NCBI GenBank assembly: GCA_937877075.1
Contig: CALEGD010000067.1
Coordinates: forward strand, 1-60,004
Source of the DNA: an uncultured Acholeplasmatales bacterium
GTDB taxonomy: Bacteria; Bacillota_I; Bacilli_A; ML615J-28; CAG-698
Direction of reading: 5' to 3'
Length of the DNA: 60,004 nucleotides
Shown in pieces: positions 29,031 to 39,459 of the stretch. A program made the position numbers and the translations under genes. The notes below the pieces were generated by a model. That model saw only the letters and a list, made by a program, of their open reading frames with translations, made no database searches and was not told where the DNA came from. The stretch's first letter is position 1, and every line of letters starts with the position of its first letter.

Positions 29031-30650
29031 CTACTTAAATAATCTTAATACATCGTTAAAAGTAACAAAGATCATTAATCCCAATAAAAGTATCATTGTG
29101 ACCATAATAAGAACAGTCTCGACCTTTGGATTTGGTTTTTTCTTTGTTACGGCTTCATAGCCTAAAAATAGCAGCCTACCGCCATCAAGTGCCGGAATCG
29201 GGAAGAGGTTAAGTAAACCGACATTTACGCTAAGTAATCCCATCCAGTTTAATAGGCTTGCAAAGCCTTGTGATGCCATAGTCTTGGTCATATCGAAGAT
29301 TCCCACCGGGCCACTTAAAGCAGCAATTGAAACAGATTCTTCACTAAACAATAAATCTAAAGTATCAAAAACAGCAGTAAAGGAATTTCCCGTACTTTTA
29401 AGACTGTAAAGGAAACTTTTGCCGAGATTAAATTCATATTTCGGGGATATTCCGATAGCAACTTTTATGGTTTCAATCGGCACACCAGCACTGGTTTTTT
29501 GAGTATCCATTATTTTTTTACTATAAGGTTTAACTTTAATCTCTTTAAGTTCAGAACCGCGGAGGACTGTTATGGTTAGGCGGTTGAGGGCATCATTTTC
29601 GTTATTCCCGTGATAATTTTTAATAACCTCATACATCTCAAAAAGCTGTTCATAGCCTTTACCTTGAACTGCGGTAATAATGTCACCTTCTTTAAGACCG
29701 GTGTTTGATGACATTTTATTATCAACAGCAAAAACTCTAGTAATTTTAATTCCTTCAGTTGAAAACTCACCTTTTACGCCGATATTATAAAAGATAACAG
29801 TCGGAGATACCGAAACGATATTTTCCTGATTATTGCGATTAAAAGTCACTTCAATCGCATCAGTATTTCCGAGGCTGGTATACTTATCCATAAACCAAGA
29901 AATATCATCCCAGACATTTACTTCTTTATCAAGAACTCCACTTTTTAATCGAATAATTTTATCGCCGTCTCTCAATCCGGCTTCATAAGCGGGTAGAGTT
30001 TCTCCTTCCGAGGGTTGTGTATCTGAAATGATGTTTTTAGAACTTGGAAACCCAAGAATCAATCCGGCAATAAAAAAGACTACGATTGCAAGAAGAAAAT
30101 TCATTAAAGGACCGCCAAACATAACCATTGCCCGAGCCCTTTTGCTTTTCGAACCCAACGTTCGGTTATAAGGAGCTATTTGATACTCTAACTTCGAATC
30201 ATAAATCACAGCTTGAGGGTCGACCTGATATCTCCTGTATTCACCATCTTCACGAGTTTCCATAAAGAGATTACCCGTTTCTTTTTCATCGAATAAATCA
30301 TAATTAATTATATCGTGTTCAGGATAATCAATTGTTGGATCGTTTACATTTAAATATATGCCTTTAATAATATCATTTTTAATATCAAGTTTTACTCGTT
30401 TATTTCTCTCAAAAGGATCACTTTCAAGTTCTTCTCCCGCAATTGCACAAAAACCACCAATTGGAAAAGCTCTTAAAGTATATAGAGTTTCTCCTTTCTT
30501 TTTCTTTAGTAAAATAGGTCCCATACCGAAAGCATATTCACGGCAAAGAATATTTACTCTTCTAGCGAAAAAGAAATGACCGGCTTCATGCACAGCAATA
30601 ATCAAGCCAAGCACAAAGACAAAAGCTAAAAATCCAATTATATAATCCAT
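29031..30650 (-). CDS. rseP: Site-2 protease RseP/RasP (M50) with PDZ domains
   Basis: HEAGH, GPLMN and NLFPIPALDGG motifs; between dxr and proS. Confidence 0.94.
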   Translation of the reverse strand: MDYIIGFLAFVFVLGLIIAVHEAGHFFFARRVNILCREYAFGMGPILLKKKKGETLYTLRAFPIGGFCAIAGEELESDPFERNKRVKLDIKNDIIKGIYLNVNDPTIDYPEHDIINYDLFDEKETGNLFMETREDGEYRRYQVDPQAVIYDSKLEYQIAPYNRTLGSKSKRARAMVMFGGPLMNFLLAIVVFFIAGLILGFPSSKNIISDTQPSEGETLPAYEAGLRDGDKIIRLKSGVLDKEVNVWDDISWFMDKYTSLGNTDAIEVTFNRNNQENIVSVSPTVIFYNIGVKGEFSTEGIKITRVFAVDNKMSSNTGLKEGDIITAVQGKGYEQLFEMYEVIKNYHGNNENDALNRLTITVLRGSELKEIKVKPYSKKIMDTQKTSAGVPIETIKVAIGISPKYEFNLGKSFLYSLKSTGNSFTAVFDTLDLLFSEESVSIAALSGPVGIFDMTKTMASQGFASLLNWMGLLSVNVGLLNLFPIPALDGGRLLFLGYEAVTKKKPNPKVETVLIMVTMILLLGLMIFVTFNDVLRLFK

Positions 30651-31807
30651 TATTTCACCTCATATTTCTCAAGTATGCTGTTTTTAACTTTATGATCTAC
30701 AGCAATAATTTCATCAAGACTTGGATTCTGAATATTCCTAAAGTTGGAAATTGAATCTCTAATAATATTTTCAATATCCAAAAACTTGATTTTCCCTTTC
30801 AAAAACAAGCTAACGGCAGCTTCATTTGAAGAATTATATATTGCAGGCATCAAACCACCACTTTTTCCGGCTTGATAAGCTAGCTCCAATGCAGGGAAGC
30901 GATCGAAGTCCATTTTTCTAAAAGTCAAACTTCCAATCTCCCAAAGTTTTAAAGGCTGAAAACCAAGGTTTTGAATTTTGTTTGGATATGTCAGAGCATA
31001 TTGTATCGGTAAGTGCATATCTGGCAAAGACATTTGAGCAATCATGCTTCTATCATTATATTCTACAATCCCATGAATAATGCTTTCGGGATGAATGACG
31101 GTATCAATTCGATCATAATCGATTCCAAAAAGGTGATGGGCTTCAATAACTTCAAGTCCCTTATTTACCATAGTGGCACTATCGATGGTAATTTTAGCTC
31201 CCATATTCCAATTTGGGTGCTTTAATGCTTCTTCGACGGAGACATCTGTTAGCTCAAGGCGTGAACGGTCCCGAAATGAACCACCAGAAGCCGTAATAAT
31301 CAAGCGATTGACATCTTCTTTCGGTCCACTTTTCAAACATTGATGAAGAGCACTATGTTCACTGTCAATCGGAATCATCTGAACCTTATACTCTTCTAAG
31401 AGTCGATTAATAATTTTACCGGCAGCAACAAGTATCTCCTTATTAGCAAGTAAGATATTAAGCCCTTTTTTGATAGCGGCAACAGTCGGCCTCAAACCGA
31501 CCACCCCAACTACTGCATTGACTAAATAACCGCCGGCAGTAGAATAAGTTGCGGCTTCAATTAAGCCGGTTTCCCCGAAAGCAAAAGCAATATCCGGAAA
31601 TTCTTTATTTAAAGATAACATCGTCTTTTCCGAATTCACCGAAACAAAGTCCGGTTGAAACTCCCTAATAATTTCTCGTCCCCGTTTTATATTACTTCCA
31701 AAAGCAATACTTCTCAATCGATATTCTTTTTGATTTCTAATTACATTAAGCACTTGAGTTCCGATTGAGCCTGTAGCTCCCAATAAACAGATTTCTTTCA
31801 TTTTCAC
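30650..31807 (-). CDS. dxr: 1-deoxy-D-xylulose-5-phosphate reductoisomerase
   Basis: LGATGSIG, LANKE, PIDSEH and HPNWNMGAKITIDSA motifs. Confidence 0.97.
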   Translation of the reverse strand: MKMKEICLLGATGSIGTQVLNVIRNQKEYRLRSIAFGSNIKRGREIIREFQPDFVSVNSEKTMLSLNKEFPDIAFAFGETGLIEAATYSTAGGYLVNAVVGVVGLRPTVAAIKKGLNILLANKEILVAAGKIINRLLEEYKVQMIPIDSEHSALHQCLKSGPKEDVNRLIITASGGSFRDRSRLELTDVSVEEALKHPNWNMGAKITIDSATMVNKGLEVIEAHHLFGIDYDRIDTVIHPESIIHGIVEYNDRSMIAQMSLPDMHLPIQYALTYPNKIQNLGFQPLKLWEIGSLTFRKMDFDRFPALELAYQAGKSGGLMPAIYNSSNEAAVSLFLKGKIKFLDIENIIRDSISNFRNIQNPSLDEIIAVDHKVKNSILEKYEVK

Positions 31808-32739
31808 TTCCAGATATAGAATATTTGAATAATTAAGACAATGATATAATAAACGGCACCGGAGAAAATCAGACTGTCAAAGCGATCTAAAACTCCACCA
31901 TGTCCCGGAAAAATGTTTCCAAAATCTTTAATATCATAAGTTCTTTTTAACTTTGAAGCTACAAGGTCACCAATTTGAACCGTAAAGGAAAGCAGCATCG
32001 AAATCAAGAAAGAGACAAAAATAACAAGAATTAATTCTTTAATTCCTTCCGGATTAACAATCTTAAACAAAAAGACAGCTGCAACTCCAAAAAGGCTTCC
32101 GGCTATAAGTCCGGCAATCGCTCCCTCAACAGATTTTTTAGGACTTATCTCTGGACATAATTTATGACGTCCAAATTTACTGCCAATAAAAAAGGCAAAA
32201 ATATCAGTTGTGGCAACAATCGTATAAAGATAAGCAAAACTTCTTCCGCCTCGAAAGAAGATAAGCCCCTGTTGGTTAGAAAAAGGCTCTAAAAACCTGA
32301 TGCTGATAACAAATCCCATTACCAAACCGCAATATGTAAGAGTCAAAACCGATGACATCATATCCTTGGCGGTTGAATGATGTGTAAAGACCGTATAAGC
32401 CAATGAAAAGATGACATAAGCGATGAAAAGACCCATTGTTAAAAGATGATAAACGGTGTTGGCATTGGCTGGATCTTGAATATTTAAACCTTGAGTTGTT
32501 GCCAAATAGATTGTATAGACCAGAGTTCCGCTCATAAGCGGGACAATATATCGCAGTTTTGAGATAGTCTGATATCGGCGTTGAAACATCGCCATCATCT
32601 CATAGGATGCAACAACGCTGAGAATAATTCCTACTAAAAGAAATAAATCTCCGACAATAGGATAATTATTATGGTCTATGACAATAAGCGGTAACAATAC
32701 TAAAATCATTGCTATAGCGGTTATAATTCTTTTCTTCAT
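31804..32739 (-). CDS. cdsA: Phosphatidate cytidylyltransferase
   Basis: ISPKKSVEG and KDFGNIFPGHGGVLDRFDS motifs. Confidence 0.95.
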   Translation of the reverse strand: MKKRIITAIAMILVLLPLIVIDHNNYPIVGDLFLLVGIILSVVASYEMMAMFQRRYQTISKLRYIVPLMSGTLVYTIYLATTQGLNIQDPANANTVYHLLTMGLFIAYVIFSLAYTVFTHHSTAKDMMSSVLTLTYCGLVMGFVISIRFLEPFSNQQGLIFFRGGRSFAYLYTIVATTDIFAFFIGSKFGRHKLCPEISPKKSVEGAIAGLIAGSLFGVAAVFLFKIVNPEGIKELILVIFVSFLISMLLSFTVQIGDLVASKLKRTYDIKDFGNIFPGHGGVLDRFDSLIFSGAVYYIIVLIIQIFYIWK

Positions 32740-33452
32740 TTAATTCCTCCGAATCGACGTTCTCTCCTCTGATACTCGATTAATGCTTTTTCTAGATCCT
32801 TATTTCTGAAATCGGGCCAAAAAACATCGGTGAAAAACAATTCACTGTATGCTAGTTTCCATAATAGAAAATTACTGATCCGTTGTTGGTTGCTAGTTCT
32901 AATCAATAAATCGACATCGGGTAAATCTTTTGAATATAAAAATTCCGAAAATTCAAACTCATTGACTTCTTTTAAGCCCTTCTTAAGTATAGTATTTACC
33001 GCCTTAAGAATTTCATCACGACCGCCGTAATTAAAAGCAATAGAGAAAAGAAGCCCTTGATTCACTTTTGTTTTCTCTTCTATTCTTTCAATTTCTCGAA
33101 TCACATCATCAGATAAGCGTTCTTTTGAGCCAATCCAATTAATCCGAATATTCTTTCGGGTAAACTCTTCCTCATTCTCCTTCAGAAACGTCTTAGGAAT
33201 ACTCATCAAATAATCAATTTCATCCTGAGGACGTTTCCAGTTCTCAGTACTAAAAGCGAAAACAGTAAGATATTTTAATCCGAGCTTTGAGGAATGAAGC
33301 ACAATGTCTTTTAAAACAATTGCTCCTTTTCGATGGCCGTGATTTCTGGGAAGACCTCGTCTTTTTGCCCAAGTCCCGTTACCATCCATTATGATGGCAA
33401 TATGACGAGGTAATTTATCTAGATTTAATTTATTTTTCATCATTTTCACCAT
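32736..33452 (-). CDS. uppS: Undecaprenyl diphosphate synthase
   Basis: HIAIIMDGNG, FSTENWKRP and RISNFLLW motifs; start may be a few codons downstream. Confidence 0.96.
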   Translation of the reverse strand: MVKMMKNKLNLDKLPRHIAIIMDGNGTWAKRRGLPRNHGHRKGAIVLKDIVLHSSKLGLKYLTVFAFSTENWKRPQDEIDYLMSIPKTFLKENEEEFTRKNIRINWIGSKERLSDDVIREIERIEEKTKVNQGLLFSIAFNYGGRDEILKAVNTILKKGLKEVNEFEFSEFLYSKDLPDVDLLIRTSNQQRISNFLLWKLAYSELFFTDVFWPDFRNKDLEKALIEYQRRERRFGGIK

Positions 33453-33518
33453 TTCATATATTATACAACAGAACCTAAGTTTTTTCTAGATTAATATTAA
33501 GATGCTGATGAATGTGTC

Positions 33519-33828
33519 TTGTACATCTAAGTGCAACAACATAAAGTTTTAAAAAGTCCATAAAAGCCTGTATAATTAAGTTGCAAACAAAATACGGAGG
33601 ATCTTGCGAACTTAATTAATTATACACCAAGAAAAGCTTATAGGCAATTTAATCATGAAGCTAGAATCAAAATTTCTGCACTACTTGAAGCGGTCTTTCT
33701 CAATCTGAAATTGCTCGACAATTAGGGGCCCATCGCTCAACTATTTCTAGAGAAATTAAACGAGGTAGTGTTAAATACAAAACTATGATTTAACTTATTC
33801 AATTAATTATGAAGCTGATGCTGCATAA
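33519..33828 (+). mobile_element. IS30-family remnant (left end plus frameshifted transposase N-terminus)
   Basis: Across two frameshifts reads 'YRQFNHEARIKISALLEA/GLSQSEIARQLGAHRSTISREIKRG.../..YEADAA', the IS30 HTH; upstream TATAAT, GGAGG and a candidate IR TGTACATCTAAGTGCAAC; DDE domain absent. Confidence 0.8.
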
Positions 33829-33852
33829 AATTTTTGCAATTTTAAAAAAACC

Positions 33853-33996
33853 TTATGGTTCTAAGATGAGTTTATTCTTGTCTTTTTTTAATCTTACAAA
33901 ATTAATTATTAAAGTATTAGATGCTTTTGATGAATTCTTAAGTAATTCTAATTCAGGTCTTTTAAGAAAAGGTTTCATTTTGATTGTTTTATACAT
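33853..33996 (-). pseudogene. tnpB: tnpB 5' fragment (copy 1)
   Basis: MYKTIKMKPFLKRPELELLKNSSKASN with AAGGAGGTGA SD; homologous to the start of the tnpB remnant at 41878. Confidence 0.65.
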
Positions 33997-34137
33997 CAAT
34001 TCACCTCCTTACAAGCTTATTATACTATGAATTGAAGGAGGTATATATTTTTATGTTTGAAAAAAGTTATTGATTTTAGGTTATTCAAAGAGCGAAAAAG
34101 GAGGCTTTTTAAAGGCAAAAAGGACTTTCCTAGTAAA
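33944..34137. repeat. Dispersed ~190-bp repeat copy 1 (tnpB element 5' end)
   Basis: Shares AATTCTAATTCA, ATTGTTTTATACATC, ATTGAAGGAG, GTTATTGATTTTAGGTTA and AAAAGGACTTTCCTAGTAAA colinearly with 41825-42009. Confidence 0.9.
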
Positions 34138-34138
34138 T

Positions 34139-34168
34139 AAAAAAGGGGTTCAAAGCGAACCACTTTTT
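34139..34168 (-). terminator. Terminator after rubrerythrin
   Basis: Minus strand AAAAAGTGGTTC-GCTTT-GAACCCCTTTTTT. Confidence 0.7.
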
Positions 34169-34703
34169 AATAATCGATTGTCCTCAGTTGGAAATAGTCC
34201 TGTGAATGATCACATACAGGGCAAATCTTTGGAGCATTCTTGCCATAGTGAATATGACCGCAGTTCAAGCAAATCCACACATTCTCTTCCTCGCGTTTGA
34301 ATACACGATCCTTTTCCAAGTTTTCAAGAAGGGCCCGATATCTCATTTCATGTTCTTTTTCAATCTTGGCTACGCCATCAAAAAGGTAAGCTATTTTTGT
34401 GAAACCTTCTTCACGTGCAACTTTCGCAAACTCAGCATACATTTCGGTCCATTCATAATGTTCTCCAGCTGCCGCATCAAGTAGATTTACGGCTGTGGTA
34501 GGAATTCCGTTATGAAGAAGTTTAAACCAAATTTCCGCATGTTCCTTTTCATTATTAGCTGTTTCAGTAAAGATCTCTGATATTTGTACAAAACCGTCTT
34601 TCTTGGCTTGTGAAGCATAGAATGTATATTTTGTTCTTGCTTGAGACTCACCGGAAAAGGCAGTCATGAGATTCTTTTCGGTTCTTGAACCTTTTAATTC
34701 CAT
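34167..34703 (-). CDS. rbr: Rubrerythrin
   Basis: [23 protein letters not shown] and C-terminal rubredoxin-like WICLNCG..CPVC motifs. Confidence 0.95.
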   Translation of the reverse strand: MELKGSRTEKNLMTAFSGESQARTKYTFYASQAKKDGFVQISEIFTETANNEKEHAEIWFKLLHNGIPTTAVNLLDAAAGEHYEWTEMYAEFAKVAREEGFTKIAYLFDGVAKIEKEHEMRYRALLENLEKDRVFKREEENVWICLNCGHIHYGKNAPKICPVCDHSQDYFQLRTIDY

Positions 34704-34759
34704 AATTGTCCTCCTGATAATAAACTATATAATCTGATTTGGGCATTTACCCCTCATAG

Positions 34760-34788
34760 ATTATATAATAAGTTAATAATTATTGCAA
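34760..34788 (-). promoter_or_regulatory. Sigma-A promoter of rbr overlapped by a PerR/Fur-like box
   Basis: TTGCAA-N17-TATAAT; TAATAATTATTGCAA (34774-34788) resembles TTATAATnATTATAA. Confidence 0.5.
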
Positions 34789-34809
34789 ATTTTTTAATAA
34801 ATATGGAAA

Positions 34810-35367
34810 TTAAATTTCCATAATCATTGTTTCTTTTTCTTTGGTAACCTGATCAACATTTTCAATAAACTTATCGGTTAATTTTTGAATTTTCTCGTTT
34901 TCACGTTTTAATTGATCTTCGGAGATTTCGCCATCTTTTTCAAGTTTCTTCATTTGGTCAACCATTTCTCGACGAATATTACGGATGGAGACCTTTGAAC
35001 CTTCGGCTTTATTTTTAACTTCCTTAACTAATTCTTTCCTTCTTTGCTCAGTCAAAGCCGGGAAATTTATTCGAATTACATTTCCGTCATTAATCGGTAC
35101 CAAGTTGAGGTCAGCTAATTGGATTGCTTTCTCAATATCCTTAAGGATTGATTTGTCATAGGGTTTGATGACTAAACTCTGGGCTTCAGGAACAGAAATT
35201 GATGCGATTTGGTTCAGAGGTGAAAGAACACCGTAATATGTTACTTGAACACCGTTTAAAACAGAAGGGTTAGCCCTACCGGTACGAACCAAGCTCAATT
35301 CATTCTTATAAGCCTGGATAGTTTTATTCATCTTTTCTTCTCCTACATTTAAAATGTTTTGAGGCAT
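34810..35367 (-). CDS. frr: Ribosome recycling factor
   Basis: RTGRANP, LTEQRRKELVK and IRNIRR motifs. Confidence 0.97.
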   Translation of the reverse strand: MPQNILNVGEEKMNKTIQAYKNELSLVRTGRANPSVLNGVQVTYYGVLSPLNQIASISVPEAQSLVIKPYDKSILKDIEKAIQLADLNLVPINDGNVIRINFPALTEQRRKELVKEVKNKAEGSKVSIRNIRREMVDQMKKLEKDGEISEDQLKRENEKIQKLTDKFIENVDQVTKEKETMIMEI

Positions 35368-35385
35368 TTCACTTATATCCTTTCT

Positions 35386-36102
35386 CTATATTTTGTTTGA
35401 TATCAATGTCCCGATTGAAAAGTCATTCACTGCTCTCGCAATATTTCCTTTTTCGTTCATATCAAAAACAAAGATGTCAATGTCATTTTCTTTACATAAG
35501 GTAGCCGCGGTTAGATCCATTACACTTAGATGTTTATCTAATACTTCTTGATGTGTTAGATTCTTGAACTTCTTTGCATCCTTATTCAGTCGTGGGTCAC
35601 TGTCATAAACACCGTCAACTCCATTCTTAGCCATAAGAATCAAATCAGCACCAAGTTCAGCACTTCTTAAAGCCGCAGTGGTGTCAGTGGTAAAAAATGG
35701 TATTCCGTTTCCGCCACCGAAAATCAAGATCCTTCCTTTATCAAGATGAGATAAAGCCTTCCGACGAATGTAGGGTTCCGCAACTTCGGGAATCGACAAG
35801 GAGGTCATCACTCTTGTTTCCAGACCGAGCCTTTCTAGAGAATTCTGAATAGCAAGAGCGTTCAAAATCGTTGCCAGCATACCCATATAATCGGCACTTG
35901 ATCTTTCCATTCCGGATTCTAAAGCGTCACGACCGCGCCAGATATTTCCGGCTCCGACAACAATTGATACTTCAACATTCCCAAGATCAAATAAAGCCTT
36001 TATTTCATCAGCAATATCATTGACCTTGAAATGATTGATTCCGATTTTTTCTTCTCCGGCTAAAGCTTCCCCGCTCAGTTTTAAAACAATTCTTCTTTTC
36101 AT
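35386..36102 (-). CDS. pyrH: UMP kinase
   Basis: LKLSGEAL, GNIWRG, DYMGMLAT and FTTDT motifs; start at ATG 36102 after GGAGG. Confidence 0.97.
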   Translation of the reverse strand: MKRRIVLKLSGEALAGEEKIGINHFKVNDIADEIKALFDLGNVEVSIVVGAGNIWRGRDALESGMERSSADYMGMLATILNALAIQNSLERLGLETRVMTSLSIPEVAEPYIRRKALSHLDKGRILIFGGGNGIPFFTTDTTAALRSAELGADLILMAKNGVDGVYDSDPRLNKDAKKFKNLTHQEVLDKHLSVMDLTAATLCKENDIDIFVFDMNEKGNIARAVNDFSIGTLISNKI

Positions 36103-36151
36103 GCAACCTCCATTTATTTTAAAATAAAAGGGCAATTATGCCCTTGTTGTT

Positions 36152-37024
36152 TCAGTTTCCAGCAGCTGCCATTACTTCGGCGGCAAAATCATCGACGCGT
36201 TTCTCGATTCCTTCTCCAACTTCAAGGCGTACATAATTTATAATTTTAGAATTGTTTGACTCGACATATTTTCCGACTGTCAGATCCGGATTCTTTACGA
36301 ATTCCTGATCGACCAGACAAATGCTCTTTAATAATTTTTCGATTTTTCCGGCAACAATTCTCTCGACGATATTAGCTGGTTTACCTTCATTTAGTGTTTC
36401 TTGCGTCATTACTTCTTTTTCACCGTTCAGAAAATCTTGGTTTACAGAATTCCTGTCCAGATATTTAGGATTCATAGCAGCTACATGCATGCATACATCC
36501 TTGGCAACTTGTTCATCGTTTCCTTCAAGAACCGATAGAACTACAATTCGACCGCCACCATGGCTGTAATGACCGAAAATTTGAGAATCGGTCTTATCAA
36601 GTCTTGTAACTCTTCTTAAAGAGACTTTCTCACCAATAGTAGCGGTAGCATTGATGATAAGATCATTTACGGTTCCCAAATTAGATGGTGCAGCCAAAGC
36701 TTCTTCAGTATTCTTTGCATCGCTAGCAATGATACATTTTCCAACTTCTTTAACTATATTTTGAAACTTTTCATTTCTGGCTACAAAATCTGTTTCACTA
36801 TTGACTTCAAAGATAACAGCTTTATTACCGGAGATAACAGCACCACAAAGTCCTTCGGCCGCAATGCGGTCAGCTTTCTTTTGTGCTTTCAAAATTCCTT
36901 TTTCCCGTAACCAGGTGATTGCTTCTTCAACATTGCCATTAGTTTCGACTAAGGCTTTCTTGCAGTCCATCATACCGGCTCCAGTTTTATCACGTAATTC
37001 TTTTACTAATGCTGCAGTAATCAT
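36152..37024 (-). CDS. tsf: Elongation factor Ts
   Basis: [19 protein letters not shown] and NSETDFVA motifs. Confidence 0.98.
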   Translation of the reverse strand: MITAALVKELRDKTGAGMMDCKKALVETNGNVEEAITWLREKGILKAQKKADRIAAEGLCGAVISGNKAVIFEVNSETDFVARNEKFQNIVKEVGKCIIASDAKNTEEALAAPSNLGTVNDLIINATATIGEKVSLRRVTRLDKTDSQIFGHYSHGGGRIVVLSVLEGNDEQVAKDVCMHVAAMNPKYLDRNSVNQDFLNGEKEVMTQETLNEGKPANIVERIVAGKIEKLLKSICLVDQEFVKNPDLTVGKYVESNNSKIINYVRLEVGEGIEKRVDDFAAEVMAAAGN

Positions 37025-37911
37025 TCTTGCACCTCCGTTGTAGCTTTTTCGACCTGATTTTGTTTTTCATCGACAACTTTTTCAGTTACTACCGGTTTTT
37101 CTTCACGTACTGTTCTTGGTTCATAGCGTGGACGACGACGGCGGTCATCACCACGTCCATAGCGAGGACGGCGTTGGTGAGCCCGATCATCTTGGGTTTG
37201 TTCATCGGTGAACTCGATAACAATTGGAGTTCCTCCTTGCGCTTCTACAACTGCATTTGCCAAGGTTCCGACAATCAGTTTTACCGAACGAATAGCATCG
37301 TCATTACCGGGGATGACATAATTTACATCATCCGGATCACAGTTTGTATCAACAAGACCAAAAATTGGAATCTTAAGTTTTCTGGCCTCGGCAACTGCAT
37401 TATGTTCACTCTTCGGATCTACGACTACCATAGCATCCGGAAGTGTCTTCATATCTCTGATTCCATTAAAGAACTTTTCAAGTCTTTCTTTTTCCTTTTT
37501 GATTAAGATAACTTCCTTTTTCGGAAGAACTTCAAATACACCATCTTCTTCCATTTTTTCAATCTCATTCAAACGGGCAATACTTCTACGAATGGTTTTA
37601 TGATTAGTAAGGGTTCCACCTAACCAACGTTGATCAACATAAAATTGATTACAACGAGTAGCTTCTTCTCTAATCACTTCTTGCGTTTGTTTTCTGGTTC
37701 CGATAAAAAGAACCCGACCGGCGTTTTGAACAATATTGAATAATGCAGCATAGGCTTCTTCAATTTTTTTAACAGTTTTGTCTAAATCGATAATGTAAAT
37801 TCCGTTTCTTTCACCAAAAATATACTCTTTCATTTTCGGGTTCCAACGGCGAGTATTATGACCGAAGTGAACACCTGCTTCAAGTAATTGATTTTTACTA
37901 ATAATTGACAT
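37021..37911 (-). CDS. rpsB: 30S ribosomal protein S2
   Basis: [25 protein letters not shown] and PGNDDAIRS motifs; start at ATG 37911 after AAGGAG. Confidence 0.98.
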   Translation of the reverse strand: MSIISKNQLLEAGVHFGHNTRRWNPKMKEYIFGERNGIYIIDLDKTVKKIEEAYAALFNIVQNAGRVLFIGTRKQTQEVIREEATRCNQFYVDQRWLGGTLTNHKTIRRSIARLNEIEKMEEDGVFEVLPKKEVILIKKEKERLEKFFNGIRDMKTLPDAMVVVDPKSEHNAVAEARKLKIPIFGLVDTNCDPDDVNYVIPGNDDAIRSVKLIVGTLANAVVEAQGGTPIVIEFTDEQTQDDRAHQRRPRYGRGDDRRRRPRYEPRTVREEKPVVTEKVVDEKQNQVEKATTEVQE

Positions 37912-37937
37912 ACTAAAACTCCTTTTTTTATTTTGTT

Positions 37938-38025
37938 TGGCCTCCACAAGCATCTCGGATGAACGCCCCGTTGAAGCGAATCGGACTCGACGATCATCTC
38001 CACTTATGTGTGTATTTGTTTATGC
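37938..38025 (-). ncRNA. Putative rpsB (S2) leader RNA
   Basis: GC-richer structured 5' UTR beginning ACACACA and ending GTGGAGG, downstream of an extended -10 TGCTATAAT. Confidence 0.55.
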
Positions 38026-38073
38026 CGGACATATTATAGCATAAAACAAGCATGAATGCAAATTATATTTACG

Positions 38074-38541
38074 TTATTTCGAGGTGCTGCCAAGACCACC
38101 TTGACGAAATTCTTGCGGTTCATCCTCTTCATCAACAAGAAGATATTTCAAAAAAATTCCCTGAACAAAACGTTCATTTTCCTTTAGAATAATATTTTCA
38201 TTACTAGTGTTTTCAATAGCAACAAGAATATGCCCTTCATTTTCTGAATTATTATAATAATCAGAATCAATTATACCTACTTGATTTTTTAATCGTAAAC
38301 CTCTTAAACCTAAAGAGCTACGAATAAAAAGCATAAGAACTTCATCGTCTTTCATACATGTTTTAATACCGGTTGCAATGACAATCGCTTCCTTTGGTTT
38401 AAGTTCAACTGAATAGGGAAGATAAAAATCATAACCGGCAGAATTCTTAGTTCCTCTTTTCGGAAGTTTTATTTTAGAATATTCATTCTCATTTCTTTTT
38501 TTACGATATTCATTTATAGTAATTTTTTCGAAACCACGCAT
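38074..38541 (-). CDS. dut: dUTP diphosphatase (trimeric dUTPase)
   Basis: SAGYD, RSSLG, GIIDSDY and RQGGLGST motifs. Confidence 0.93.
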   Translation of the reverse strand: MRGFEKITINEYRKKRNENEYSKIKLPKRGTKNSAGYDFYLPYSVELKPKEAIVIATGIKTCMKDDEVLMLFIRSSLGLRGLRLKNQVGIIDSDYYNNSENEGHILVAIENTSNENIILKENERFVQGIFLKYLLVDEEDEPQEFRQGGLGSTSK

Positions 38542-38544
38542 ATA

Positions 38545-39459
38545 TTATTCCTTTTTCATTGCTCGAGGATGGTATTTAGTATATTCCTCTTTTATTTGTT
38601 CTTTAGAAACATGAGTATAGATTTGAGTTGTAGAAAGATTGGCATGTCCAAGCAATTCCTGAACACTTCGCAAGTCAGCGCCATTGTCTAATAAGTGAGT
38701 AGCGAAAGAGTGTCTGAGCATATGAGGTGATATCTTTAAATTATTTGCGGTATTTGAATTTATATCATTCAAAATAACACGTACACCTCTCGGAGTAAGC
38801 GGTCCGCCACGGTAATTCAAAAACAAAATATCAGTAACTCCCTTTTTGCTTTTTTTCAATAGTTCGTTTCGGGAGAATTCGAGATAGTCAAGCAAAGCGC
38901 TTTTAATATTGTTATAGATTGGAAGGTATCTTTCCTTACCGCCTTTACCCATAACAATAACCGAGGAATTATAAAAATCTACATCTTGAATTCGTATTGA
39001 ACATAGTTCGCTGACACGAATACCGGTACCATATAAAGTTTCAAGAATGGCATAATCGCGCTTCCCGATTTCATTACTAACGTCAATTGCATCAAAAAGA
39101 TTATCCAATTCAGAATAATAAACTAATTTTGGAAGCGTCTTATCAGGTTTAGGAGAAGAAACCTCATCAAAGACATTAGCTTCAATCTTTCCTTCTCTCA
39201 TTAAAAATTTATAAAAACTTCGAAGACTGGACATCTTTCTGGCAATCGTCCTTGGTTTATAGCCGCTGCTGTGTAGAAAGGAAAGAAAATATCTCCCGTA
39301 ATTCATTTTTAGATTCAATAACGATCCAAATGAATTAGTTTTTAAAAAGTGCCGAAAATCCTCTATATCTTTTAAATAATTTAAAACTGTGTGTTCAGAA
39401 TAAGATCTCTCCACTTCTAAATATTCTTTAAAGACCAAAACCAACTCAATATCATTCAT
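38545..39459 (-). CDS. xerC: Tyrosine recombinase XerC/CodV
   Basis: [32 protein letters not shown] and [12 protein letters not shown] motifs; downstream of trmFO; start chosen at 39459. Confidence 0.9.
   Translation of the reverse strand: MNDIELVLVFKEYLEVERSYSEHTVLNYLKDIEDFRHFLKTNSFGSLLNLKMNYGRYFLSFLHSSGYKPRTIARKMSSLRSFYKFLMREGKIEANVFDEVSSPKPDKTLPKLVYYSELDNLFDAIDVSNEIGKRDYAILETLYGTGIRVSELCSIRIQDVDFYNSSVIVMGKGGKERYLPIYNNIKSALLDYLEFSRNELLKKSKKGVTDILFLNYRGGPLTPRGVRVILNDINSNTANNLKISPHMLRHSFATHLLDNGADLRSVQELLGHANLSTTQIYTHVSKEQIKEEYTKYHPRAMKKE

Noticed and set aside
34035-34073. Divergent SD AAGGAGG + ATG that might start a tnpA
   Set aside because: Only six codons before a stop, and not conserved in copy 2
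33809-34300. Plus-strand ORFs 33809-34030 and 34070-34300
   Set aside because: Antisense shadows of the tnpB fragment and rbr, with no recognisable motifs
38545-39459. Tyrosine recombinase plus dUTPase as a possible prophage or integrative element
   Set aside because: XerC-like sequence in housekeeping trmFO-xerC synteny; no phage genes or att repeats seen
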